Both the position numbers and the translations under genes were made by a program. The notes under the pieces were generated by a model that was given only the letters and a program-made list of their open reading frames with translations, had not been told where the DNA came from and searched no databases. Of a DNA stretch of 57,040 nt, positions 11,201-22,365 are shown piece by piece (within the stretch, counting starts at the first letter, position 1; each line of letters starts with the position of its first letter). Source of the DNA: Amoebidium appalachense (taxonomy: Eukaryota; Protista; Ichthyosporea); assembly GCA_963693365.1 (NCBI GenBank), contig CAVNZM010000016.1:1164131-1221170 (forward strand). Reading direction: 5' to 3'.

Positions 11201-13911
11201 CATTCTTGCCGTCGGCCGAGGCCTCCGACCAGAAGATGATGGGGGCAGACGGCTGGCTGCCCATTGGCTCGACGTACATGGCCACTGCAAGGTACACTAT
11301 GTGGATGAAGTGGGGGTTTTCGGCCGTGTGGTCTGGGGCAGGCACCGGCATGGTGTCGAAGTCCAGCACGATGTCCCTGATGGGCTGCCGGGTCTGCTTC
11401 CACGACCCCCTGCTGCCATCGTCGTCGGGCACGTGCCGTTTGCACACGTGTGCACCCACCCTGCAGCCGGCATCATCCACCCTGGCCCTCTGCCGTGCAG
11501 GTGACTCTCCCCCCTCCCCCCCTCCCCCTCCTCCCCCTCCCCTTGCTCGTTGGAGTAGCATGCCACCCTGTCACACACCGTGCCGTCTGCATCCGTGTGT
11601 GTGCACATGTACACACGCCGTTGATCTCGTTTGCTACGTATGAGGCACGTGTGGTTGCCGGGCATGTACCCCCCACACCCCTTGCAGTCGTAGTCGGTGC
11701 ACAGGTGCTGTGTCCAAGTGTCGTCCTTCTTCTTGCCCCCGTGCTCACCCCCGTCATCCCCCTCCCCCTCAGACATCTGCATGAGGTCGATGCCATCGCC
11801 GTTGTCATCATCGTCACCTTCGTCGTCCGACGAGTCGGCAAGGCTGGGTGGGGTGCCTGAGTCGGCATCCTCGGTATCCGAGTCCTCCTCCGTGTCCGTG
11901 CCCCAGCCCCAGTCCTCCCCCTCGTCGTTGACGCCCTGCATCGTACCCCCCTTGCTCCTGGGCCGTGTGCAGCCGGCGCAGCCGGCGCACGCTGGCGTAC
12001 TTGAACTTGTAGATGAACCGGCCAGCAGGGTTGCCCGACACACACACCCGGCGGGCACCATCGCCAGTACCCATCACCCTGTACCCCTGCAGACCGTGGG
12101 TACACGTGTCCAGCCGGCACCAGAACACGTTGTCGCAGAAGGATTGACGGTCTCGCGCTGGCCTCTGCTGATGCCCCCTTGAGCTTGGCACTGTGGTTGG
12201 CCATGCACTTGGCCGACGGGAAGAGGCCACAGCAGTCGTCACAACGGAAGGGCCAAGCCTCCTCCCCGGCCTGTGCAAGCTGTAGACGGCGCTCCGGGGT
12301 CCACACACAGGCATCTGCCTGGTCGTTGAGGTTGCCCTTGGTCCCACAGTTCTCGCACCGGTTCACACAGCGGTGCACCCCCAAGTTCTTGCTCTGCATG
12401 GTCTGGTTGCAGTGGAAGCAGGTGCTGAGGTTCCGTCGTACCTCCCCCGTGTGGTTGCCGTGCCGCAGGCGCTCGATGGCGGTGCTGACACTGGAGGTGA
12501 TGCCCGTGAAGTGGCCCAGCTTCTGGGAGTGGGCCATGTACATGGTGCACAGCTTGCCGGGGGGCAGGGCCGTGCTCAGGTCCCCGTACCGGCGCAGCAC
12601 CTTGGCCCCGCTGTCCATATCCAGCACCACCAGCCGCAGGCGGGTCACCGACTCGGGCTGCTCGGCAATGGCCGTGTTGAGGGCATCCACGGCTGCCCCC
12701 AGCTGATCCACCGTCAGGCCGTCCTCTGCGGGCTCTGGCAGGTCGTACTTGGCCCACAGCACACGGGTTGCCCTCACCAATCTTCGCAGGTAACGGTCCT
12801 GGAAGGAGGCACGGTAGTTGGGTGGGGGCATCAGCAGGTTGCACACCCCGCAGCCCGAATATCTCGACCTCCCCAGGGTCGTGTTGCCAACCCCGATCAC
12901 ATCCCCCGGGGCCAGCAGGTGGCACAGCACGTGGTGGTCCTTGCGGCCCGTGAGGTCGCCCCCTCTGCCCAGGGCCTTGCGTGTGTTCTCGGTGAGCAGG
13001 CCTGTCTTCTCGTTGCCGTTGGCAGCCTTCTTGAGCCACATCACCATGCAGTACACCAGGCACAGCTGGGCACAGTTGGGGCCGTAGGCAAAGCTGTGCA
13101 GCTGCAGGTGGTCCAGGCGGGTCTCCCCGGTCACCTGTGGGTCGTCGGTGCTGCATGCATCCTGCACCAGGGCGGTCACATCCACCACGGCCTTGGCCTC
13201 CACCAGCTCCTGCAGCCGGCGTGCATTTACCCCCGTGTTGGTGGACAGGGTGCCGCAGGCCCCCCTCCTCACCATGTCCTTGGGGCGGACCACCGTCAGA
13301 TGCACGGTGGATCTACCGTCCATAAACGTCTCGGCTGCACTCTGGATACGTTGACGTATGTTCTCCATTAGCTTGAGCACCACGGCGTTCACATCTCCGT
13401 TGAACACGTCCATGGGGCCGGCCGTAAAGACACGACGGTTGGTGACATCGGCATTGGGGTTGCCGTCATCCCCCACCTGGTTGTCCACACCGTTGGCCTG
13501 CACGTGCAGGCTGATGATACGCACAATCAGCATGTCCCCCGCCTGCACATCTGCACGGGCAATGGCATCAAACAGCATGGCTGCAAAGAACTGGGGGAAC
13601 TCGGTCACGTCAAGGGTGCGCAGGGGTTGGTACTCGAGGGTGTGGCCGCGTACACCCAGCCCCCGGGCCTGCATGTCATCTACACGTGAACGCAGGTGCC
13701 AGTTGCCCTCGGCGGGCATGGCATTGATCTGGGGGTCATCGGAGTGATTGATGGGGGCAGGGGCGGGGGCGAGGCCGGGGAGGGGTGGGGGTGGGGGTGG
13801 GGGGGCCAATAGGGCCTGCAGGAAGGGGTGGACCTGCAGGGCCTGCTGTGGGTCGGCATCCAGTGCCCGCAGCAGGGCATCTTCAAACTCTTCCTGGCTC
13901 TCTCTGAACAT
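8292..13911 (-). pseudogene. polB: Protein-primed family B DNA polymerase with long N-terminal extension, several frameshifts
   Basis: ExoI-like VLDFDT, ExoII HNGSGFD, FVDTLNFL...KGHFPH, FFGGRTE, motif A DVTSLYP, motif B KLFLNSLWGK, motif C YMDTDS. Inserted nuclease-like segment FQGCVFHGC...MWEC. Spread over ORFs 11473..13911, 10743..11561, 10294..10848 and 8292..10559. Confidence 0.93.
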
Positions 13912-14182
13912 CTTGATTGGTAACCTTAGATCTCAGGCTGTAATCTTAAAAATCTTAAGTATCAATGTAATTAATAATTACTAGGCTGAGCCTGGCTGTG
14001 CCAGAGCAACGCCTCAATAAAGAACAGTATGCAAAATAACAAGCCTGTGCCTGTGCAATAAATCTCCAAAGCAAACATCTTGCAAAAAGCAACGTCTGTA
14101 CGTGTTTGTGTGTGTGTGGCCGCTGCGGCTGCCTGTGTACCTAAGGCGTCCAAGAAGAGCCCCAGATTGACCGATCCGGGCG

Positions 14183-15000
14183 CTCATTGGACGCCTTGGG
14201 GATGGAATGTGCTGTCCTTAATGCTCATTGGACGCCTTGTGCGGCAATTGGCTTTTTTGAGCCGAATTATCATTGGCCGCCCTGCGCAGCCGTAATACCA
14301 TTGGACGCCTTGTACAAGGAATTCAGAATTCGAATTCCTATTGGACGCCTTGCGCAAACCTCCGCATTCCTTTGACCCGCACTTGTGTACGCACCACATG
14401 TACGCGTACACGTACGCGTACACGTGTTCCGCCATCTCTCTTTAATTACTTAATTATTTAATTATTTAATTAAAACCACGTGCTCTGCACGTGTTTTACA
14501 CACACACACAGTGTGTGCACGTGCTCCTGTACATATATCCACCCATATCTCATATCCATATCATGATATGTGACACAGATATCACATATCTCATATCCTC
14601 TTATCCCATATCCTGGGGGGTGCGGATAATGGTTAATGGAGCTGAATTATCATTGGCCGCCTTGTGCATCCGCATTACTATTGGCCGCCTTGTACAAGGA
14701 ATTCGGAATTCGAATTCTCATTGGCCGCCTTGTGCACACTGTCGCATTCCTTTGATCTCAGAACTGTGTACGTGTCGCATGTGCGCGTGCGTGCACGCGC
14801 ACACATGACACGTTTTCCCCCTTTAATTTTTTAATTAAATCCACGTGCTCTGCACGTGTTTATACACACACACACAGTGTGTGCACGTGCTCCTGTACAT
14901 CTCCATACCCATATCCATATCCTAATCACAATATACACCCATATCATACTGCATATCGCCATATCCCATATCCTGGGGGGTGCGGATAATGGTTAATGTG
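14183..15000. repeat. Viral terminal repeat region: iterated ATTGG(A/C)CGCC(T/C)TG motif and ~360-bp imperfect tandem duplication
   Basis: Motif near 14186, 14228, 14272, 14300, 14340, 14652, 14680, 14720. Block CCACGTGCTCTGCACGTG...GGTGCGGATAATGGTTAATG occurs at ~14476-14638 and ~14841-14998. Confidence 0.85.
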
Positions 15001-15059
15001 ACGTCATCTTTGATGACGTCGACATTAACCATTAACCATGTGCCGCGCCCCCCATTGTA

Positions 15060-15108
15060 GTCCCTCCCTCGGGACTAGCTGCCCTACTCTAACCCCCCCG
15101 GGGCCCTG

Positions 15109-15143
<35 letters not shown>

Positions 15144-16366
15144 CCGGGACCTCCCCGAGGGTGCCCCACCCTTACTAACCACACCTTCCCCCGAGGCTCA
15201 GACCCGGAGGCCCGCCCGCTGCCCCAGCACCACATTGACACCTCCCGCCTCCGGGAGCTGCTGGCATCCTACCCAGACCAATCATTCGCCGCGCAGCTCC
15301 TCCACGATGTCGAATTCGGTGTCGACATCGGCTACCGCGGCCCCTCCACCTCTCGGGTGGGCCCCAACCTACCCACCACCCCGGCTGCTGCTGCCGCTAT
15401 CACGGCGGATATTGCCAACGAAGTCGCCCTCGGCCACCTGTGCGGCCCCCTCTCCCCGGACCAATTCTTCGCCGAATTTCCGGTCCACCGTTCCTCCCCC
15501 ATCGGCGCCATTGCTAAAAAAGGGAACCCCCCCAAGTACCGTCGAATCCACCACCCCTCATGGCCCCGGGGCAGCAGCGTCAATGACAGCGTCACCTACC
15601 CCGACGAACTTCAGTACATTCGACCCCGGGACGTCACCCAGCTCATTCTCGACGCAGGCCCCAGCTGCTACATGGCCGTGGCAGACGTGCAGGCTGCCTT
15701 CCGGCACATGCCCATCCGACCAGAAGACCATCACTTAATGGCATTCAAATGGCAGGGGCATTTTTACGTTGACACCCGACTGCCCTTCGGCCTGAAATCT
15801 AGCCCAGCCATCTGGGAACGGATCGCGGCCACCCTCCAGTGGCTGGCACACCAGCACGGTGTTACCCTCATCCGCCACTACGTAGACGACTGGATTATAG
15901 TCGCCCCCACCCAAGAGCAGTGCCAACGTCACCTATCCACCTTCCTGCAACTCTGCCGAGAGCTGCACATTGCCATCTCCGAAGACAAGATGCAGGGCCC
16001 GGCTACCCGTATTGTCTTCATCGGTATCGAATTCGACTCCGTCACCATGGAGGCACGGATCCCTGCTTCCAAACTCTCGGACCTACTCGACCTCACTTCC
16101 CACCCAACACCCACCATCACCATTCGGGACCTGCAATCCCTCCTCGGAAAACTCACCTGGTGTGCCCAGCTGGTCCCCCCCGGGCGGGCCCAGCGCCTAT
16201 GGGCCCTTCTCCGAAAACACCCACACCTTGCCGGGCACCACCACATACGGCTGTCTGCTGCCGCCCGGGCCGACATAACCGAATGGCACCAGTTCCTCAC
16301 ATCATGGAATGGGGTGCACCTTATCACCCCCCCCACATACACCACCCTGGCCACCGATGCTGCCGG
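15060..16366 (+). mobile_element. Ngaro-type YR retrotransposon copy 1, left fragment (RT)
   Basis: Closely similar to ~32560-33896. RT motifs DVQAAFR, LPFGLKSSP, YVDD. Breaks at the RNase H TDAA motif and resumes at 43449. Confidence 0.92.
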
Positions 16367-16858
16367 CATCAGCAATCTTCCCCCCCCCCATCGGAAACCC
16401 CTCTACGACGTCGACGACGGGTTCGGAGTAGTTTACGATACCTGAGTGGCTGCGTTTGGTACCCTCGACATTTTAATGGATGGAAAAGCTGAAAACCCAT
16501 CGTCGACGTCGACAAGCATGTTACAGGGTAATAAAAGAGGTCCACTGATTTCTCGACCCTCATGTGTATATGCCAACGTCATCCTATGGACATGCTGTGC
16601 ATGCGTTTACACCGTCCATTAACCAAATGTAGCACCTATTCCAATGCTATAGATGTGCTATGGACGTCGTAAGCCTGTTCTACGTATGTATACTGTGTAG
16701 GCTAACATGATGGGTATCGTCGACGTCGAAAACAAAGCATACTGTGAAGGCGATTCTGAGCATCTTAATATGAGGTTTCCGACGTCTGTAAACTAATAAG
16801 AAACGGCGAATTCTGCAATAATAAATACTGTTTTTATAATGTATAAGTACAATAGTTT

Positions 16859-16864
<6 letters not shown>

Positions 16865-16932
<68 letters not shown>
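16865..16932. repeat. (TA)n microsatellite
   Basis: Direct observation. Confidence 0.98.
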
Positions 16933-16936
<4 letters not shown>

Positions 16937-16987
16937 GGGGCAGGGGGTCCTGGGAATGAATGACCCCCGGAGTAGTTTTTCATAGAA

Positions 16988-17190
16988 GCCCCATACGACC
17001 ACCATAAGGATCGCTAATTATACCCCCATACGATCATTATAATGATCTCATTATATGCCCCATACGACCACCATAAGGATCGCTAGTTATACCCCCATAC
17101 GATCATCATAATGATCTCATTCTATGCCTCATACGATCATTATAGTGATCACATACCAAAATCCATACGGTCATCCTAATGATCACAAGG
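16988..17190. repeat. Degenerate ~34-bp tandem repeat (CCCATACGAyCAyyATAA...)
   Basis: CCATACGA(C/T)CA core recurs about six times. Confidence 0.75.
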
Positions 17191-17300
17191 AGATTATCTA
17201 ACGGGCGCAACTGACATGTGAATTCGTTTTTGCACGCCTCATGGAAAGCGGATGAGGCTCATCAGGTGGCCGCGGAATGAAATTGGTGATATCCCCCCAT

Positions 17301-17580
17301 TCCGACCGGTTTTGTTAGACCCCCCACACAGAGAAACTGCCTAATGCAAAGTTTGGTTGTGCTCCCAACAATCCCCTGCACGTTATTAACCGTTGAATCC
17401 CCCCCCTTTCCCTATGTATTACACCGCATTTTGCATAATATGGACGTACAACGGTCAATAACTTTTCCCACAGAAATGGGGGGACAGTCCGACCGGTTTT
17501 GTTACATCACCCACACAGAGACACTGCCTAATGCAAAATTTGGTTGTGCCCCCATCAATCCCCTGCACGTTATTAACCGT
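17301..17580. repeat. ~93-bp direct repeat, two copies
   Basis: TCCGACCGGTTTTGTTA...CACGTTATTAACCGT at ~17301-17393 and ~17488-17580. Confidence 0.85.
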
Positions 17581-17670
17581 GCAAATGTATCCATCTTGTA
17601 GTATCCACCTTTCGGTGGTTCACATGTCTACGGTGTAACAAAGATGTCCAAACATAGTCCATAAGACGCC

Positions 17671-20600
17671 TTATGTATATCCATGGGCCATCCCCAAGAC
17701 TGTAACAATACCATCCATATTACTGTCGTAAAACGATATATCGTACGGTACAAATGGTCGTAAGACGATACATAATATCGTCGACATGTGGACTACGACA
17801 TACAAACATGCTCGCAGGATATCGTAGATTTCACCATATTTTGGAGTACTAGTACTCAACTGCAAAATATTCAATGCAGAGTTCTTGTCGGTCATACAAT
17901 ACGGCATCTTGCAGTAGTATTTGTGTGCACGCTCCCAGCTCTCAGCTGACTCCACCGGGCCAAAGAGGCGATAGTTGGCAGAATAATGCACACCAGCATG
18001 GAATTTCGATGTTTTGAGTTCGTTCTTGGTGGAGTCCTTGAAGCACTCGTACGCAGCTTTGCCGAACCTGCGTTTTTTGTTGGTGATATTACTTTACAAT
18101 ATAATGCACTAGAGCGGCACGGAGTCCATTACCAAATGGCGAAAGTTCTGCCATCATTACCTGTAGGTGTTGGAATACGTCACCATGTATGACAGCAAGA
18201 GCCTTGAAGTATGTATGTGTCTTAGCTTGTTTGTATTCGTGTCTGCTTTCCTTCTTTGTGCTCTTTCTCTTTCTCTTCTCTCTCTCTCTCCCTCTCCCCC
18301 CCCCCCCCCCCCCCCCCCCCCGTATCTCTCTCTCCCTTGTTTCTGTGAGCACAGATATCTGTAGATCTGTGCACACCTGGCTCTCTTGCCTGATAAGAAC
18401 TTATTGTATTTTATTTCTGTTTGCTCTCCTCTGTTTATCTGAGAGGTAGCGTGATTGGCTAGCTACACTCGTTGTCTTTCCTTTATTTCAAAATGGCTTA
18501 GTTTTGTTCTCAAAAGGATGGCTCGCCAATAGTCGCGAGCGAGTACATCTGTAGATCGTGTTGTGCATTCCTGTCTATTAATATATGTGTGTTGTGATTG
18601 GACAATAGATATATATGGAATTCGGTTTATTGCAAAGTGTCTTCACTTTGAGAGTGTCGACTATTAGGAAATATATGTATTTAAATAAGTTTCTTTATAG
18701 AGACGAACATAAATATATATGTGAGTTAATAGTGACTAGATGTATAATTACTTAATTTATTTAAGTAACAGTTTCTAACTTTTAGTTTAATCGGAAGTTG
18801 GAATGCGTATGCTCTGTCGGAATGTGTTTTTCTATCTTCTGATAGAACCGATTGGTTCTCCCTCTTTAGTTGTGATAAGGTGATAAGTCGCAAGTACAAA
18901 AGGAACCGAGAGCACAATAAAGAATTAGTTGTTGTTTGAATCTTTCAATGTCTCGTGAACAACTCCGATTGCCCTCTCATTAATGTGTTAGTCGTGTTTT
19001 ACATGACACCTCTGTGCACTCTGCTCCCTTAGACCCGTACAAAACAACAGTAGGATCTATACACCTAGACACGTGCAGGGAGGGGGGGGGGGGGGGGGGG
19101 GGGTGTAGTGGGAAGGAGGGGAGACAGGGGGGGTTGGGTGGGGGGAGGGGGGGGGGGGGGGGCAGACATGTACGTTCTGTAACGCTCGTTCATCTCGTTG
19201 AGTGAGTCCTCGGTGAATTTGTATCCTGTCACCATGCTGTACCACTCGATTGTCGACCAACTACTGTGGTAGTATAATGCTATGATGACAATTTGTGCAT
19301 GCGTTACTTATAAGCATCGGGTTTTTTCAATAACTACCCACAGAGTAGCTTCTACCACGAGAAATTCACCACAAATTATAAGGGGGGATGGTGAATGTGC
19401 CCCTGGAGTACGAGGGTCACACGAAAAAAACACAACGTTGTAGCTCGTATAGAACCCCCCTTGTAGCATAGTATATGTACATATGTTACCTAGACATTAT
19501 TGGTTTTTCAATAACTACCCACAGAACAGCCTCTAGCACGAGACATTTACCACAAAGTTTATGGGGGGGATAGTAAATGTGCCCCTGGAGTACGAGGGTC
19601 ACACGAAAAAAACACAACCTTGTAGCTCGAATAGAACCCCCCGTGTAGCATAGTATATGTACATGTGTTAGGGGTTTACACACGTTATTGCGTGGACACT
19701 GCCGGAGGCCCAGCCACATTCGACGGCCTACTGCGTTTTATTTACCAAAGCGTTTATGCCGGGGATGGTGAATGTGCCCCTGCAGTACGAGGGTCACACG
19801 AAAAAAACACAACGTTGTAGCTCGTATAGAACCCCCCTTGTAGCATAGTACTTGTACATATGTTAATTACACATTTTTGGTTTTTTCAATAACTACCCAC
19901 AGAACAGCCTCTAGCACGAGAAATTTACCACAACGTTTATGGGGGGGATGGTAAATGTGCCCCTGGAGTACGAGGGTCACACGAAAAAAACACAACGTTG
20001 TAGCTCGAATAGAACCCCCCTTGTAGCATAGTATATGTACATGTGTTACTTACACATTATTGGTTTTTCAATAACTACCCACAGAACAGCCTCTAGCACG
20101 AGAAATTTACCAAAACGTTTAAGGCGGGGATGGTGAATGTGCCCCTGCAGCACGAGGGTCACACGAAAAAAACACAACGTTGTAGCTCGTATAGAGCCCC
20201 CCTTGGAGCATAGTATATGTACATGTGTTACTTACACATTATTGGTTTTTTCAATAACTGCCCACAGAACAGCCTCTAGCACGAGAAATTTACCAAAACA
20301 TTTAAGGCGGGGATGGTGAATGTGCCCCTGCAGTACGAGGGTCACAAAGAAAAAAACACAACGTTGTAGCTCGAATAGAACCCCCCTTGTAGCATAGTAT
20401 ATGTACATGTGTTACTTACACATTTTTGGTTTTTCAATAACTACCCACAGAACAGCCTCTAGCACGAGAAATTTACCACAAAGTTTGTGGGGGGGATGGT
20501 GAATGTGCCCCTGGAGTACGAGGGTCACACGAAAAAAACACAACGTTGTAGCTCGAATAGAACCCCCCTTGTAGCATAGTATATGTACATATGTTACTTG

Positions 20601-20757
20601 CACATTATTGGTTTTTTCAATAACTACCCACAGAACAGCTTCTGGCACGAGAAATTTACCAAAAAGTTTATGGGCAGTCTGTTGGTGTGTGCATTTATTA
20701 TATTTTCAACAGTATAATCATCAACACTGTAGTAGTACAGGACCGACCGACAGCCCC

Positions 20758-20806
<49 letters not shown>

Positions 20807-21530
20807 AAACGGTTATTGGCTCATACATATTTGTACTAATCTGTCGAGCATCGAGAAAGGACCGAGCGCACATACGATTCCTAATCAATGTCTGTACAAC
20901 GGGCGTCACAATCCTACCGTAAAGTGCATGAAGCATGCCTCGAGAGGAAGGTGGATTTGTGAAGTGTACGAATCGGAAGGTAATAAGACCACAAAGTTTA
21001 ACCTCAGCTTTGTTTGCAAAAGGGTAGTTTGGATCCTCCTTCAGGCACGTGATGAATACACTGACGCCTTTTATATACGCCTTCTGCCCATCGGGGACGT
21101 TTGATGTAGACAGAGGCGAGTCAATGTCATCCTCGAACGCCACCTGGTGTGCCTGGTGTGCCCGCACCATATCCCTCATTTCCCTGTATGCATTGCCATC
21201 CCTAAAAAACTCCAGGTGGTGTGTACATTCTGGTGGTGTTGCGTCCTCGTCACCACTATCCGAGTTTTCCGCTGTGTCCTCCCCGCTATCACCGCCAGGC
21301 AGGTCGGCGGCTTCGGCGTCATCCTCACTCTCTTCCATACCGCTGGCGGGCCCATCAAGCTGCATGTCATCATTCTGCCTCGCCTGTGTTGAGCTGCGTG
21401 TACGCCGCTGGTCAGTTGCACGTTCCAAGAGCATGGTCTCCGCAGAAACTTTGTGAATAAACGTGCGGTGGGATTCCATTGCCCCGCGGTTCGCGAACAG
21501 CGTGGTGCATTCCGGACAGATAACCCTCAT
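17671..21530 (-). pseudogene. Plavaka-like transposase gene, spliced, central catalytic region apparently missing
   Basis: Exon 1 (21530-~20970): C2H2 finger CPEC...H...H, acidic linker, NYPFANKAE. Exon ~19262-19174 (IEWYSMVTGYKFTEDSLNEMNERY) splices in frame (GT 19173, AG 18068) to ...KTSKFHAGVHYSANYRLFGPVESAESWERAHKYYCK, resembling the Plavaka/CMC C-terminal K-F-H...HY...FG...E..H motif. Confidence 0.7.
19295..20672. repeat. Tandem repeat, ~183-bp unit, ~7.5 copies
   Basis: AATGTGCCCCTG(G/C)AG(T/C)ACGAGGGTCAC recurs near 19394, 19577, 19771, 19954, 20137, 20319, 20502. One unit has a substituted segment at ~19670-19740. Confidence 0.95.
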
Positions 21531-22365
21531 TTTCCACTGGGTGCACGTGTGTCCTGTGCAGGCAGAAAACCCCTCGTCGACACGTCAGGTGGACGCTCGA
21601 AGACTGGTGATGTCGCAAACAGATCATTGCCTGTGCCGATTGGTTTAAAATCATTGTTTTCGCGCCCTCGCACCCACTCCAAGCCTTGCCGGCCATGGTA
21701 ATAGTGGACTATGTATGGAGTATTTGCTATCATGGGTTATGTACCATTATTTATTAATTAATAAAAGAAAGATTTTTTATAGTTATTTACATTTTTTTTA
21801 AAATATAACACCATCTCCTGCTGAAGTTCTTTGCTTCACCAATTATCACATTTTGAGGTTCGCCATGTGGGCGCCGTTTCATTGGCCGATGTAACAATTG
21901 TACACTGGTGTGCCTAGTTACATGCATATAACATTAGTGTTTACATCAGGATTTACATAAGTGAGAACAATAATTTAAATTTTACAGTTTCGCACACGTT
22001 TTCTACTACTACTCCTACGCCTATATAATATTTCAGTTGTATTTTTGGGTCGCCACAACGCAGCGGATCGCCGCGAAACGGATTGGTTGGAAATCACATG
22101 TTCGCGCGGGCGTTGTGTGCGGTACATGCTTCGTAATACACCATTTAACATGTGGTCACATTATTTACATAATTTGAATTATATGAATATTGTTTTTCAT
22201 TTATTCGAAACTTCTTTACTTTCTATGTTAATGATATTACATATTGTGTCATGTCACATACCCAAAGGCCTCTAAAACGGACCATATCATTGACGATATA
22301 TCACGGAATACAAATCGCGGGCGGATTTATGCCTGATAGTCGCGATCATTGGTTAGTGAGGACCA

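Larger units (their letters stand above)
1..15040. mobile_element. Endogenous Polinton-like virus / adintovirus-type element (left part outside window, decaying)
   Basis: Intronless GC-rich gene cluster with packaging ATPase, DJR major capsid protein, VLTF3-like gene and protein-primed PolB. Repeat-rich non-coding right end. No integrase or protease is visible in the window. Right boundary is approximate. Confidence 0.9.

Noticed and set aside
8229-13747. Long + strand ORFs (e.g. 8229..9668, 12373..13371)
   Set aside because: Antisense shadows of GC-rich polB with no motifs.
1-15040. Giant virus (NCLDV) insertion
   Set aside because: The polymerase is protein-primed type and the capsid is PLV-like. 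Only VLTF3 is NCLDV-like.
19295-20672. CRISPR array or coding repeat
   Set aside because: Whole units repeat without unique spacers, there are no cas genes, and the ORFs are short and incidental.
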